From positions 930,001-962,000 of the forward strand of contig CP064962.1 in NCBI GenBank assembly GCA_016699145.1: a stretch of DNA of 32,000 nucleotides. The letters run 5' to 3'. Numbering within the stretch: position 1 is the stretch's first letter; the number at the start of each line of letters is the position of its first letter. A model generated the notes under the pieces. That model was given only the letters and a program-made list of their open reading frames with translations. It searched no databases and was not told the origin of the DNA. The translations under genes were made by a program, and so were the position numbers. Positions 1 to 9,107 of this stretch are shown piece by piece. Origin of the DNA: Candidatus Saccharimonadota bacterium (GTDB taxonomy: Bacteria > Patescibacteriota > Gracilibacteria > UBA1369 > 2-02-FULL-48-14).

Positions 1-1289
1 ATCTCGCAACGGAAGACCTTGAAGTCGTTAACTTCAATGATGCAGTGGTGCAAACGGGGGTCACTCTCGATGGGAAGTGGACATTTGCCTCTCTTTATTC
101 CACCAAACAGTTAGGCCTTTACAACATAGAAACAAAAACGGTCAGCAAAGTGTCACTTCCAGAAGCCAAGGGACCAGTACAGGTTTATGCGACTCCCGAT
201 TCTCGTTATGTCTATGTTGCCGATCAAGGCTTTTACTTCGACCAGCCCACAAACGATAAAGTTTATAAGGTCGATCTAGAATCTCAAGAAGTTGTGGCAA
301 CCATCACGGCTGGAGAAGGGCCTCATGGTGTGGCCATTTCCAAAGATGGTTCGCAGGTCTACATCACCAATATTGTGAGTGGGGATCTCTCCATCATTGA
401 TACAAAAACGGATCAGGTAATCAGAACAATCGAAATAGGAGACGCTCCCAATGGAGTGAGTGTTTGGGAGCGAGAAACAAGTGAACCATCGGTTTCTCTG
501 ACTGAGGTGAATAGCATCTCTCACTCACATGGAATAGCCGTGGCGATTGATGATCCAAGCAAACTTTATATTGCGACTCACGAAGGGCTACTGGTTTTGA
601 AAAATGATAAGGATTTGTATCGTATTGGAAGCACGACACACGACTTGATGGGCTTCACCGTTGACGGCAAAAATCCGATGACTTTCTACGCCAGTGGACA
701 CCCTTCGTTTGGTGGTAATAGTGGCTTTCAAAAGACAACGGATGGCGGTGAAACATGGAATAAAGTATCGGATGGGATTGATGGACCTGTTGATTTTCAC
801 GCCATGACGGTGAGTCCAGTAAACCCAGATATTGTTTACGGTTACTTCCATTCGAAAATTCAAAAAAGCATCGATGGTGGTACAACTTGGTCATTGCTCC
901 CAAGCCAGCCAGAAAGCATCTTCAGTCTAGTGGCAGATAGGGTGGATGAAAAAACACTCTACGCAAATACAAAACAAGGCATTTGGGTGAGCAAAGACGG
1001 CGGTGAAAGCTGGGCATCACTTTCAGACGATTTAGCCTCCAGCGCAGTTTTAACTTTGGGTCAAAATCCTCAGGATACAAACGAAATGCTTAGTTTCTCT
1101 GATGCTCTTGGCCTGGCTTCGAGCAGTGACAGCGGAAAAACTTGGACCTCTGTTTCAGGAGCACCGGATGCCATTCTCTACTTCATGACTTATTCATCCA
1201 CTGACCCTAAGTTTGTTTACGCTATAGACGGGAACAGCGAAATCTATAAGAGTGAGGACGGAGGAATGAATTGGCAAAAAATCTACTAA
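1..1289 (+). CDS. Beta-propeller protein: YVTN-type repeats followed by five BNR/Asp-box repeats; 5' end cut by window edge
   Basis: The frame is open from nt 3 with no stop before the GTG at 45, so the gene runs off the left edge. The N-terminal half has YVTN-like strings (YVYVADQG, GPHGVAISKDGSQVYITN, LSIIDTKTDQVIRTIEIG). The C-terminal half has five Asp-boxes (TTDGGETW, SIDGGTTW, SKDGGESW, SSDSGKTW, SEDGGMNW). Stop TAA is at 1287-1289. Confidence 0.75.
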   Translation, partial: LATEDLEVVNFNDAVVQTGVTLDGKWTFASLYSTKQLGLYNIETKTVSKVSLPEAKGPVQVYATPDSRYVYVADQGFYFDQPTNDKVYKVDLESQEVVATITAGEGPHGVAISKDGSQVYITNIVSGDLSIIDTKTDQVIRTIEIGDAPNGVSVWERETSEPSVSLTEVNSISHSHGIAVAIDDPSKLYIATHEGLLVLKNDKDLYRIGSTTHDLMGFTVDGKNPMTFYASGHPSFGGNSGFQKTTDGGETWNKVSDGIDGPVDFHAMTVSPVNPDIVYGYFHSKIQKSIDGGTTWSLLPSQPESIFSLVADRVDEKTLYANTKQGIWVSKDGGESWASLSDDLASSAVLTLGQNPQDTNEMLSFSDALGLASSSDSGKTWTSVSGAPDAILYFMTYSSTDPKFVYAIDGNSEIYKSEDGGMNWQKIY

Positions 1290-1302
1290 CCCAATCTACA
1301 CA

Positions 1303-2859
1303 ATGAAAAAACCCTCACTTCTCCTAACGTTTTTTATTCTCACATTTTTGACAGCCTGCCAAAGTACGAGTCAAGACTCAACAATGGAAGAAACTTCCGA
1401 AGCACCTTTGGCCTCAAGTACTCAAATCGTAGAGCTGAAGGATGGGGACACCTACGATCTTGAATCCTCATTTGTTGAGAAAGAACTCAATGGCTCACTC
1501 TACAAAATGTTGGCTTATAACGGTTCTATTCCCGGCCCCACGCTCAAGGTGAAACAAGGTTCTACTATCACGATCAACTTCACAAACAACACAGACATTG
1601 AAACCACTCTCCATTCGCACGGAGTACGTTTAGACAACGCTTTCGATGGAGTCCCGGACGTGACCCAAGAGGCAATCCAGCCAGGAGAAACGTTCACATA
1701 CTCAGTTCGCTTCGATGATTCAGGTGTATTTTGGTACCATCCTCATTTAAGAGAAGACTACGCCCAAGACATGGGACTCTATGGCAATTACATCATCGTT
1801 GCCGATGAAGAAGACTGGTCCCCAGTGAATAGAGAAGAAACCTTGATGGTCGATGACATCCTTATGCAAGGAAACGAACTGGCCTCCTATTCCTTTAATG
1901 AAGTCACTCACACCCTCATGGGTCGCTTTGGAAACACCATGCTGGTGAACGGCAGCACGGATTACGGACTGACGGCAAAGAAAGGTGAAGTCATACGCTT
2001 TTACATCACAAACACGGCCAACACTCGAGTTTTCAATCTTAGCATTCCCGGCGCACAAATGAAATTGGTTGGAGCAGACAATGGACTCTATGAACACGAC
2101 GAATGGGCAGACGAGGTTTTGCTTGGGCCATCCGAGCGCGCAATTGTTGAGGTGATGTTTTCAGAATCAGGTGACTTCTCCTTAGTCCACAAAACACCAG
2201 ATAGAACTTATACCTTGGCAGATTTCCAAGTCTCCGACGAAGAGATATCTGAATCTTACGCCACTGACTTCAATACTCTTAAAACACACCAGAGCACCAT
2301 CGCCAGTATCGACCCCTATCGCTCTAGTTTCGAGAGCGATATAGATAAGTTTCTATCCATTGACCTAGATATGAAGGGCATGGGAGGTTCTCACTCCATG
2401 CACGGTGGAATGATGATGGATGATTCAGAGATGGGGATGATGAATGATGGAGAACCGATTGAATGGGAAGACACCATGAGCATGATGAATAGCACTTCAA
2501 ACACAGACACATTGGAGTGGCAGCTCTTAGACGAAGACACGGAAAAAACGAACATGGACATCGACGACTGGAACTTCAAAGAGGGCGACTTGGTGAAAAT
2601 TCAAGTAGCCAATCCCGACGACACCACCCATCCAATGCAGCATCCGATCCATATACACGGTCAACGCTTCCTGATCTTGTCCGTAGACGGAGTGAAGTCA
2701 GATAACTTAGTTTGGAAAGACACCGTTCTTATTCCAGCCGGATCCACGGTTGAACTCTTGGTTGAGATGTCCAACCCTGGTGACTGGATGATTCACTGCC
2801 ATATTCCAGAGCATCTTGAAAGCGGCATGATGATGCCTTTCAAAGTTTCTTCCCTCTAA
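1303..2859 (+). CDS. Multicopper oxidase (three-domain, CueO/CopA-like) lipoprotein with Met/His-rich insert
   Basis: All four canonical copper-ligand motifs are present in order: HSHG, WYHPH, HPIHIHG, HCHIPEHLESGMMM. There is a lipobox-like signal (LTFLTAC). A Met-rich segment reads MKGMGGSHSMHGGMMMDDSEMGMMNDGEPIEWEDTMSMMNS. Confidence 0.9.
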   Translation: MKKPSLLLTFFILTFLTACQSTSQDSTMEETSEAPLASSTQIVELKDGDTYDLESSFVEKELNGSLYKMLAYNGSIPGPTLKVKQGSTITINFTNNTDIETTLHSHGVRLDNAFDGVPDVTQEAIQPGETFTYSVRFDDSGVFWYHPHLREDYAQDMGLYGNYIIVADEEDWSPVNREETLMVDDILMQGNELASYSFNEVTHTLMGRFGNTMLVNGSTDYGLTAKKGEVIRFYITNTANTRVFNLSIPGAQMKLVGADNGLYEHDEWADEVLLGPSERAIVEVMFSESGDFSLVHKTPDRTYTLADFQVSDEEISESYATDFNTLKTHQSTIASIDPYRSSFESDIDKFLSIDLDMKGMGGSHSMHGGMMMDDSEMGMMNDGEPIEWEDTMSMMNSTSNTDTLEWQLLDEDTEKTNMDIDDWNFKEGDLVKIQVANPDDTTHPMQHPIHIHGQRFLILSVDGVKSDNLVWKDTVLIPAGSTVELLVEMSNPGDWMIHCHIPEHLESGMMMPFKVSSL

Positions 2860-2874
2860 ATTTTCAGCATAGGT

Positions 2875-3648
2875 ATGATAATCACTGCCCTACTCTACAT
2901 TCTGCTTATATTCCTAGGCTTAGTCGTAAGCCAAGAAATATTTCATCGTTATCCAAGGTTCACCTTGGCATTTTTCGGAGTCGCTTCGATTATCCTTTTC
3001 CCTTGTTGGATATTATTAATAGGGGTCTCCGATTGGTTCCTTTGGGCCAAGGTGTTCTCTGTTGTGACCGGAATCATTCTACTTTCTCTATTAAGAACTA
3101 CAAAGCTAGGAAACACCAAACTATGCCAATGGTCTATTTATTTCTTTCTGGTTTTCAACATTCTTGAGGCAGTTATTAGAGATTTTGAGACAGGGAATCT
3201 CGCGAATTATTTGAATGCCACGGCTGGTATTTTGTTGATTGTGACTTTGGCTAAAATAAATACGATCCATATCGATACCAAAGGAAAGTATAAGGATTTG
3301 TACTGGAGTGATATGACCTTGGCATGGATCATCGGCTACACTCTATGGAATTGGGTTTTCATTTATCTGAATCTTGGGGAGGGCGCCATTCCGCAGCTCG
3401 CCGTACTTGGATCCGCTTTGGTTATTGGACTCCTCAATAAAGAGAGGTGGCTTCAGGCAAGAGTTTTTACGCTTGGAACCTATTTTATTGTGTTCCACAC
3501 GTACCCGCACCTCAATCCATTCCCCCCTCTATATGGGTATGACAACCCGGCTGGATTTTTACTGTCTTTGATCTCAGTTGGATTTATGGCAGTTTACACA
3601 GTTTTCTTCATACGACGTTCTACCCTAACAAAAAAATCAAATGTTTAA
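2875..3648 (+). CDS. Polytopic membrane protein, unknown function
   Basis: 257-aa ORF with about 7-8 hydrophobic helices. It sits 15 nt after the oxidase stop on the same strand. No family recognised. Confidence 0.55.
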   Translation: MIITALLYILLIFLGLVVSQEIFHRYPRFTLAFFGVASIILFPCWILLIGVSDWFLWAKVFSVVTGIILLSLLRTTKLGNTKLCQWSIYFFLVFNILEAVIRDFETGNLANYLNATAGILLIVTLAKINTIHIDTKGKYKDLYWSDMTLAWIIGYTLWNWVFIYLNLGEGAIPQLAVLGSALVIGLLNKERWLQARVFTLGTYFIVFHTYPHLNPFPPLYGYDNPAGFLLSLISVGFMAVYTVFFIRRSTLTKKSNV

Positions 3649-3732
3649 TCAAGAATTCAAAACGAAAGTTGTACACCGGCAAACCAGTGGGTTAAACGTG
3701 ACTCATTTATCAGATCAATAACAACTAAATAT

Positions 3733-3927
3733 ATGGAAAATTCATCCTGTTGCAGTCCAAAAAATTCATCTCCAGTGAAAGACGTCGTTTGTGGCATGGA
3801 GCTCACTCCCACAGAAGACACACTCCAAGTCGCTCACAAAGGGTGCATCTACTATTTTTGTAGTACGGCTTGCAATGATCAATTCGTCACTGATCCAGAA
3901 AAATACCTCAGTACGGCGGCTAATTAA
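3733..3927 (+). CDS. YHS/TRASH-type metal-binding domain protein
   Basis: The 64-aa protein has a Cys-rich N-terminus (SSCCSP). It also has the YHS/TRASH pattern VCGMEL...YYFCSTACNDQFVTDPEKY. Confidence 0.75.
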   Translation: MENSSCCSPKNSSPVKDVVCGMELTPTEDTLQVAHKGCIYYFCSTACNDQFVTDPEKYLSTAAN

Positions 3928-3945
3928 TCATTTAACCTTAAATAT

Positions 3946-4167
3946 ATGAAGTTCTCAAAATTACTACATATTGCCAGTATTTTAGTAGGCTTCGCCGGAG
4001 TCATCACCTTCTTAGCTGCCATGTTTGGAGGGGCGGACAACCTGGTGTTTGGCGTCACAAAGGCTGACGCTTTGGCCTGTACAGCGATTCTTATTCTCAT
4101 CGCAATCTGGGCACAAATTGCCACCATTCATCACATGATGCTCGAGAAGAAAGGTGAACTTATTTAA
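3946..4167 (+). CDS. Small two-helix membrane protein
   Basis: 73-aa ORF with two hydrophobic helices. Its start context and first codons (ATGAAGTTCTCAAAA) resemble those of the next small ORF (ATGGAATTCTCAAAA at 4187). Confidence 0.5.
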   Translation: MKFSKLLHIASILVGFAGVITFLAAMFGGADNLVFGVTKADALACTAILILIAIWAQIATIHHMMLEKKGELI

Positions 4168-4186
4168 TCGCTAACTCAATAAGCAT

Positions 4187-4363
4187 ATGGAATTCTCAAA
4201 AAGAACATGGGGAATCATTCTGGTCATCGGCATCGTTGGACTTATATTTCTTTTAAAGTCACATACGTCACATATCTTGTCAGTCCTGCCGTATCTGATC
4301 TTACTCGCCTGCCCATTGATGCACCTTTTCGGACACGGAGGGCATGGTGGACATAAAAATTAG
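4187..4363 (+). CDS. DUF2933-like small membrane protein with His-rich tail (not in supplied ORF track; 58 aa)
   Basis: Manual translation gives MEFSKRTWGIILVIGIVGLIFLLKSHTSHILSVLPYLILLACPLMHLFGHGGHGGHKN*. The string LLACPLMHLF-H-GHGGH matches the signature I remember for DUF2933 proteins, which occur in heavy-metal clusters. It fills an otherwise empty gap in a same-strand gene row. Confidence 0.7.
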   Translation: MEFSKRTWGIILVIGIVGLIFLLKSHTSHILSVLPYLILLACPLMHLFGHGGHGGHKN

Positions 4364-4368
4364 TATTT

Positions 4369-4821
4369 ATGACTCAATTTGCTCTTAAAATCAGGGCTGT
4401 TCTATGGGGAGGTCTAGGGGCCTCCCTGCTTCTCATCCTTTTCTTTTCAGTTGTCAGCTTAATTTCGGGATGGGATTTTGCTCAAAATCAGTTTGCCCAG
4501 TTTTGGATCTACATCCTTCCACTAGCACTCGGTTTTGGACTGCAAGTAGGACTGTACGCTTATCTGAAAATGAGTATCGCTCATCATTGTCCTACTGGAA
4601 CAGGGAAAGCATTGGCTGTTTCGGGAACGAGTTCCACACTTGCCATGATCTCCTGTTGCGCCCATTACCTGGCCAATATCATCCCGATTTTAGGAGTATC
4701 CGGTTTCTTAACCGTAATCCCTGAGTATCAAAAGGAACTTTTCCTCGTCGGACTTGCCTTCAATGTTTTCGGTTTGGTCTACATCACGAAGCAAATTCTA
4801 AATTTTAAAAAACAAGCATGA
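4369..4821 (+). CDS. Membrane protein with Cys/His motifs (HHCPTGTGK, SCCAH); putative metal-handling
   Basis: 150-aa ORF with 4 predicted helices and clustered Cys/His residues. It lies in the copper-related gene row and its stop overlaps the next start (ATGA at 4818-4821). Confidence 0.6.
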   Translation: MTQFALKIRAVLWGGLGASLLLILFFSVVSLISGWDFAQNQFAQFWIYILPLALGFGLQVGLYAYLKMSIAHHCPTGTGKALAVSGTSSTLAMISCCAHYLANIIPILGVSGFLTVIPEYQKELFLVGLAFNVFGLVYITKQILNFKKQA

Positions 4822-5249
4822 AAAAATCTTCAATGCTAAGCTTAGGATTTATTGCCATTTCCATTTTGGCGGTGCTGGTTTTCTACTGGCTGACAATCAA
4901 AAATGAAGACCAACAAGATACAAATACCCTGACGAGTGATGAAGGAGGAGTCACAGTAACCGTTACGCCGATCACCCCATTGAATCCCGGCGGCTGGCAG
5001 TTTGAAATTGAGCTGAACACGCACTCCGGTGAACTACCGGAAGATCTAAAGAGTCACGCAGAGCTGCTAACCGACGCTGGGCAAACCCTTTCGGCTTTTT
5101 CTTGGGAAGTGTCCAGCGAGCAATCTCATCATCAGGAAGGAATCTTAAGTTTTAGCAGGACAGAGATTGAACCCGCCTCTATTGAGCTTATTTTGAAAGG
5201 CGTTGGAGGCGTTGAAGAGCGCAGTTTTAAATGGGATTTAAGCAATTAA
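4818..5249 (+). CDS. Membrane-anchored exported protein, unknown function (His-containing beta-rich domain)
   Basis: 143-aa ORF with an N-terminal anchor helix, translationally coupled to the upstream membrane protein. It contains the motifs NTHSGELPEDL and SHHQEG. Confidence 0.55.
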   Translation: MKKSSMLSLGFIAISILAVLVFYWLTIKNEDQQDTNTLTSDEGGVTVTVTPITPLNPGGWQFEIELNTHSGELPEDLKSHAELLTDAGQTLSAFSWEVSSEQSHHQEGILSFSRTEIEPASIELILKGVGGVEERSFKWDLSN

Positions 5250-5330
5250 TTCCCATGTACGACGGCTTCATCCTGATCTTCATTGCATTGGGCTTGCTAA
5301 ATATAAAAAGTATGGTATATTGAGCTTAAT

Positions 5331-6170
5331 ATGGGCGGAAGATTAAACACTGCAATCGGGATAGGAGCCGTATTAGGTCTAGCTTACCTCGCTTTCCCTC
5401 ATGCCTTAAAAGAGGCCGAAAAAGTAGAAGGGGTGGCCGTTGAGGCGACACCACCTCGAATTCTGAAAGAAGATGACCACTTTCCTCAACTTCGCCGTTC
5501 CATCGCAGAAGAAGCCTCCGACTGCGTGAATGGAATAGACTACAACTCACTCGATTATAGAAGTTCTACTCATACTTGGGCCTGCGAGCCAAATGACGAC
5601 AATCCTTTTGAAATGCATTGCACTGGCGAACATGTTTCAATGCCAGGAATAGAATCCGACACAAAGAAGCCAGAATTAACCTTCACTTTGGATGCAGACG
5701 AAACCTGTTCTGCTCTTCTGAAGAGATTCGAAACGGAAGCCTACTATGCAATCGCAGATGCAAGGAATGATCCAGATGAAGAAAGGACTAAAGAAGAAAC
5801 CCGCAAGAGACTCAGAGCGAAGCTATCCACACTGTTGGACGGTGGAGCTGACTGCCAAATCGGTAAAGTCACTAAAAAAAGTGAAGGTGGAACTTTTGAA
5901 TACACGGCCCTCAAATGTATGGATGGTGGTGAAGAGCTTTCTGATCAACCTGAGAATGGAATCCTTAGTGCTTTTATAGCCACCGACGCTGACAAGCTTG
6001 AACTAATAGGCTCCCCAGACACAGTTGAAAGCTGGAGTTATCACCCTTTGACATGGGAAGAGGCCTGCAGACAGTGGAACGACGATCTGATCCAAGCAAT
6101 TTACAGAAAAGGATGGGTCACTGAAGCCAAAGAGGGATTGATCAAGGAGTACCTTGAAAATTGTCAATGA
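5331..6170 (+). CDS. Hypothetical exported or anchored Cys-containing acidic protein
   Basis: 279-aa ORF with an N-terminal hydrophobic segment. No recognisable family. Confidence 0.5.
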   Translation: MGGRLNTAIGIGAVLGLAYLAFPHALKEAEKVEGVAVEATPPRILKEDDHFPQLRRSIAEEASDCVNGIDYNSLDYRSSTHTWACEPNDDNPFEMHCTGEHVSMPGIESDTKKPELTFTLDADETCSALLKRFETEAYYAIADARNDPDEERTKEETRKRLRAKLSTLLDGGADCQIGKVTKKSEGGTFEYTALKCMDGGEELSDQPENGILSAFIATDADKLELIGSPDTVESWSYHPLTWEEACRQWNDDLIQAIYRKGWVTEAKEGLIKEYLENCQ

Positions 6171-6286
6171 TCCAACTGGCGGTCACCCGCGCTTGCTTTG
6201 ATTTAAATTTAGGACTTGTTAGGCTTTGTCGTATCTTATTTCACCAGGCAGGCCTATGATTAACGCATTCAAATGACACAAACGAT

Positions 6287-7672
6287 ATGACCACCACAAG
6301 TTGGCTGTCCATTCTACCTCCAGTCATAACCATTGTTTTAGCGATGTGGTCAAAGAAAGTTTTGCCATCCCTCCTATTGGGTTTATTGATAGGCGCTTAC
6401 TTGCTGAATCCAACGCCGATAGGAGGCCTTGAAACAGCCTTAGAAAACATCGTGAAAATCCTGTCCGATCCCATGAACTTGCAGGTCTTGCTGTTTCTTT
6501 ACCTGTTCAACGGTTTGATCACGCTCATTAAAAACTCTGGCGGGATGGATGCGTTCTCCCGCTGGCTAGGCAAATATGTGAAGAGTGACCGTGGAGTCCT
6601 TTACACTTTGTGGGCACTCATTCCTGTTACTTTTATTGACTGTGATTTCAGAATCGTTGGATCGGGTTCCATCATGCGTTCTCTGGCTGAGAAAAATAAA
6701 ATTGGGAAGGAGCGACTGGCCTTCATGATCAACAACACGGCAAGTCCAGTGGTAGAACTGATTCCTATCGCCACGACTTTTGTGGGATTCAACATCGCCA
6801 ACATCAGCCAGGCATTGGAAGCAGCTGGAGTACTCGAAAAACAATCCGCCTACAGCGTTTTGCTCCACGCGATTCCTTTTGAGTTCTACAGCATTGTGGT
6901 TTTACTCATCACATTCAGTACCATTTTTTTTCAATGGAAGAAACCTTCCGCAGAAAAAGAAATGCACCACACCCAGGAGGATCACGAAGGAAAGGATATG
7001 TCCATGGGCGCTGAAAAGCCACAAATAAAACCACGCATCTTCAACCTGATAGTTCCGATGTTAACAGTGGTCTCCCTCAGTTTTATTTTCTTCTGGAATT
7101 TCGCCACAGACCCGAACATGGCCATGTTACTGGCTTTGTCGATTTCAATAGTTGTCACAGGCATACTTTACGTCTTCCAAAAGTACCCTTTAAAGAAAAT
7201 GACCGAAGATATGATCTCGGGAGGAAACGAACTGATGAGGATATTGATTATCCTCGTAATCGCATGGGCTTTGGGTGACGTTTCGCAGGAATTAGGTTTG
7301 AGTGATTTTATTCAGCAGCTTTTGGGGAATCAGCTACCCATATGGAGTATTCCTGTATCACTTTTTCTCATCTCTTCACTTGTGACTTATTTTATTGGGG
7401 AGGGTTGGGCCACAGCTTCACTAATTATGCCTTTTGCAATTTTTATTGCTGTATCCAGTGGCGTCTCAATTCCAATTTGTGTAGCAGCAGTCATAACTGG
7501 TGGAACCTTTGGAGACACCACTTCACCAGTAGCCGGAATGACCAATATGGCATCTGGTGTCACCGGCGCTGATCATATGAAGTATCTAAAATACGCTAAC
7601 CCATACAACTTCGCTTCAGCAGGCATCGCCGCAGGTTTGTTTTTAATAGCAGGATTTTTGTATCATCAATAA
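6287..7672 (+). CDS. NhaC-family (Na+/H+ antiporter-like) transporter
   Basis: 461 aa with about 11-12 TM helices. Overall layout and the C-terminal string GGTFGDTTSPVAGMTNM resemble the NhaC family. Confidence 0.7.
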   Translation: MTTTSWLSILPPVITIVLAMWSKKVLPSLLLGLLIGAYLLNPTPIGGLETALENIVKILSDPMNLQVLLFLYLFNGLITLIKNSGGMDAFSRWLGKYVKSDRGVLYTLWALIPVTFIDCDFRIVGSGSIMRSLAEKNKIGKERLAFMINNTASPVVELIPIATTFVGFNIANISQALEAAGVLEKQSAYSVLLHAIPFEFYSIVVLLITFSTIFFQWKKPSAEKEMHHTQEDHEGKDMSMGAEKPQIKPRIFNLIVPMLTVVSLSFIFFWNFATDPNMAMLLALSISIVVTGILYVFQKYPLKKMTEDMISGGNELMRILIILVIAWALGDVSQELGLSDFIQQLLGNQLPIWSIPVSLFLISSLVTYFIGEGWATASLIMPFAIFIAVSSGVSIPICVAAVITGGTFGDTTSPVAGMTNMASGVTGADHMKYLKYANPYNFASAGIAAGLFLIAGFLYHQ

Positions 7673-7700
7673 TTGGGACAATTCGATTAAGAATGAAGCT

Positions 7701-8288
7701 CTAATCAAACTGAATAGTTCTTTCCTCCAGACTAGTACTAAAGCGACCATTTTCGTGTTTGACCAAGGTGGATCTCGGCTTTAAGCCTAGGATCAGGTTT
7801 TCCTTTATGAGAAAAACAAAACAGTAAGCATCGTCATCTTGAGATGTGATGACCCTGGCTTTCAACTTGCCTTGTCGGATGAGCTTCCGCGCAGTTTGAT
7901 GTTTAATCTTGAAGTAATGATCCAGTTCCCACATGGAGTACCACGAGTCTTTGTCCTGACAGATTTTCCCAGGCACTACCCGCTTCTCCACAGCACGCTG
8001 GCAGACCAAGCACTTGATTCCATATTTATCGTACCAAGTCTCTTCATCACTAACGTATTTGCCACATATAAAACAAGTGTATGGACCGCCATTGATATGG
8101 AAGCCTTTAGGCTCATCTTTCAGCCTCAGTTTTCTCGCACGTTCTACCTGAGCCCCTTTGAGCAGAACTTCAAAAAGGCCTAAAAGCCTACTGGCGGATT
8201 CATAAGCCTCAGCATGAGAGATCTCTTTCCCATACTTTTTCTTATAAATCTCCTGAAATTCACGAACAGCTTCATCAGATAGTTTCAT
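7701..8288 (-). CDS. Hypothetical protein with central Zn-ribbon (CFICG...CLVCQ) and possible C-terminal excisionase-like HTH
   Basis: 195-aa ORF with two CxxC pairs. The C-terminal string WELDHYFKIKHQTARKLIRQGKLKARVI loosely resembles HTH_17/excisionase-type helices; this is weak. Confidence 0.5.
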   Translation of the reverse strand: MKLSDEAVREFQEIYKKKYGKEISHAEAYESASRLLGLFEVLLKGAQVERARKLRLKDEPKGFHINGGPYTCFICGKYVSDEETWYDKYGIKCLVCQRAVEKRVVPGKICQDKDSWYSMWELDHYFKIKHQTARKLIRQGKLKARVITSQDDDAYCFVFLIKENLILGLKPRSTLVKHENGRFSTSLEERTIQFD

Positions 8289-8300
8289 AGAGGTTAAAAG

Positions 8301-8435
8301 TTAATCAAATAAATTTAACCTTAAAATAGCAAGAACGGCTCTCTCATAAGCAATACTGCATTCTTCCTCGTCATCGCAAAAAGTAATCCTCAAATTGAAC
8401 CTGTTCTTGCCCTTGTTTTTAGTGTGTTTGGTCAT
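8301..8435 (-). CDS. Possible 44-aa ORF (MTKHTKNKGKNRFNLRITFCDDEEECSIAYERAVLAILRLNLFD), ribbon-helix-helix-like; speculative
   Basis: Manual translation of the gap between two minus-strand genes. A basic N-terminus is followed by a beta-strand-like RFNLRITF and then a helix. It is below the ORF-track size cutoff and has no other support. Confidence 0.2.
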   Translation of the reverse strand: MTKHTKNKGKNRFNLRITFCDDEEECSIAYERAVLAILRLNLFD

Positions 8436-8460
8436 AGGCGTGAACAGAATAGAGTTAATT

Positions 8461-9075
8461 CTATTTCGTTTTAGGAACTGCTCTCTCCCTGTAATGCTCT
8501 AAAAAGGAATTGATGCGGCACATATATTCGTTCGCCTTATGAATCATAAGAATATAAGCATCAGCGACACCTTCATCTGAGAAATTTTCAAAGATACGCA
8601 ATTTGCAGCCTCCTTTGGTTAGGCCAAAACGGAACATGTCTCCTTTCGGATCGTAAGTGCTGAAGCTCGCTAGCAACTGTATGAAAGCCTTGTAATGGAT
8701 TTCCGTATGTCTTCCGTTAACAGATTCAAAGCCATCAATTTTGGGAGAAACATCCAACAGTTGTTCATACAATTTTTTAAGATCATGTGTCCTTTCTATA
8801 TCTTGAAAAATAGGTGTTTCAAAACCACAGAAATTGACGTTAAAATGTATCGATTTCAGCATCAGCTCTAAACCTAGTCTTATCATGGATAAAGTAGGAG
8901 CTTGATGGAATGGATTATTATCTCTTCCTGGGAAAAATGATATTTCGAAGGGGCTAATGGGCATAGATAGTTCGACGTCAGCTGTATTTTTTTCGAGCTC
9001 CAATAACCTAATAGCAGCGACGAAGTAACTCTGTGCCATTTTATGAAACTGAAAACCTTTTTCACCAACTTCCAT
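8461..9075 (-). CDS. Hypothetical all-helical protein (weak HEPN-like resemblance only)
   Basis: 204-aa ORF. The strings LELMLKSI...ERTHDLKKLYEQLL recall the LK...tHdL..L helices of HEPN domains, but a clean Rx4-6H motif is not present. Confidence 0.5.
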   Translation of the reverse strand: MEVGEKGFQFHKMAQSYFVAAIRLLELEKNTADVELSMPISPFEISFFPGRDNNPFHQAPTLSMIRLGLELMLKSIHFNVNFCGFETPIFQDIERTHDLKKLYEQLLDVSPKIDGFESVNGRHTEIHYKAFIQLLASFSTYDPKGDMFRFGLTKGGCKLRIFENFSDEGVADAYILMIHKANEYMCRINSFLEHYRERAVPKTK

Positions 9076-9092
9076 GTGCTATATTTTAGCAC
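9076..9092. promoter_or_regulatory. Perfect 6-bp inverted repeat GTGCTA-n5-TAGCAC in a 32-bp divergent intergenic gap; candidate operator
   Basis: The repeat is read directly: gtgcta tattt tagcac. It occupies half of the 32 nt separating the divergent start codons at 9075 (-) and 9108 (+). Confidence 0.3.
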
Positions 9093-9107
9093 GACTAATC
9101 CAAAAGT

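Noticed and set aside
7671-7679. Possible att core: AATTGGGAC at the left junction versus AATTGGAC at 25983-25990, and AATTCGA shared with about 26062
   Set aside because: Matches of 6-8 nt between a roughly 70-nt and a roughly 190-nt segment are expected by chance. They cannot be called att sites without an empty-site comparison.
8461-9075. Firm HEPN RNase call for the 204-aa helical protein
   Set aside because: The THDL..L helix resembles HEPN, but the diagnostic Rx4-6H motif is not present (only R-T-H). It is kept as hypothetical.
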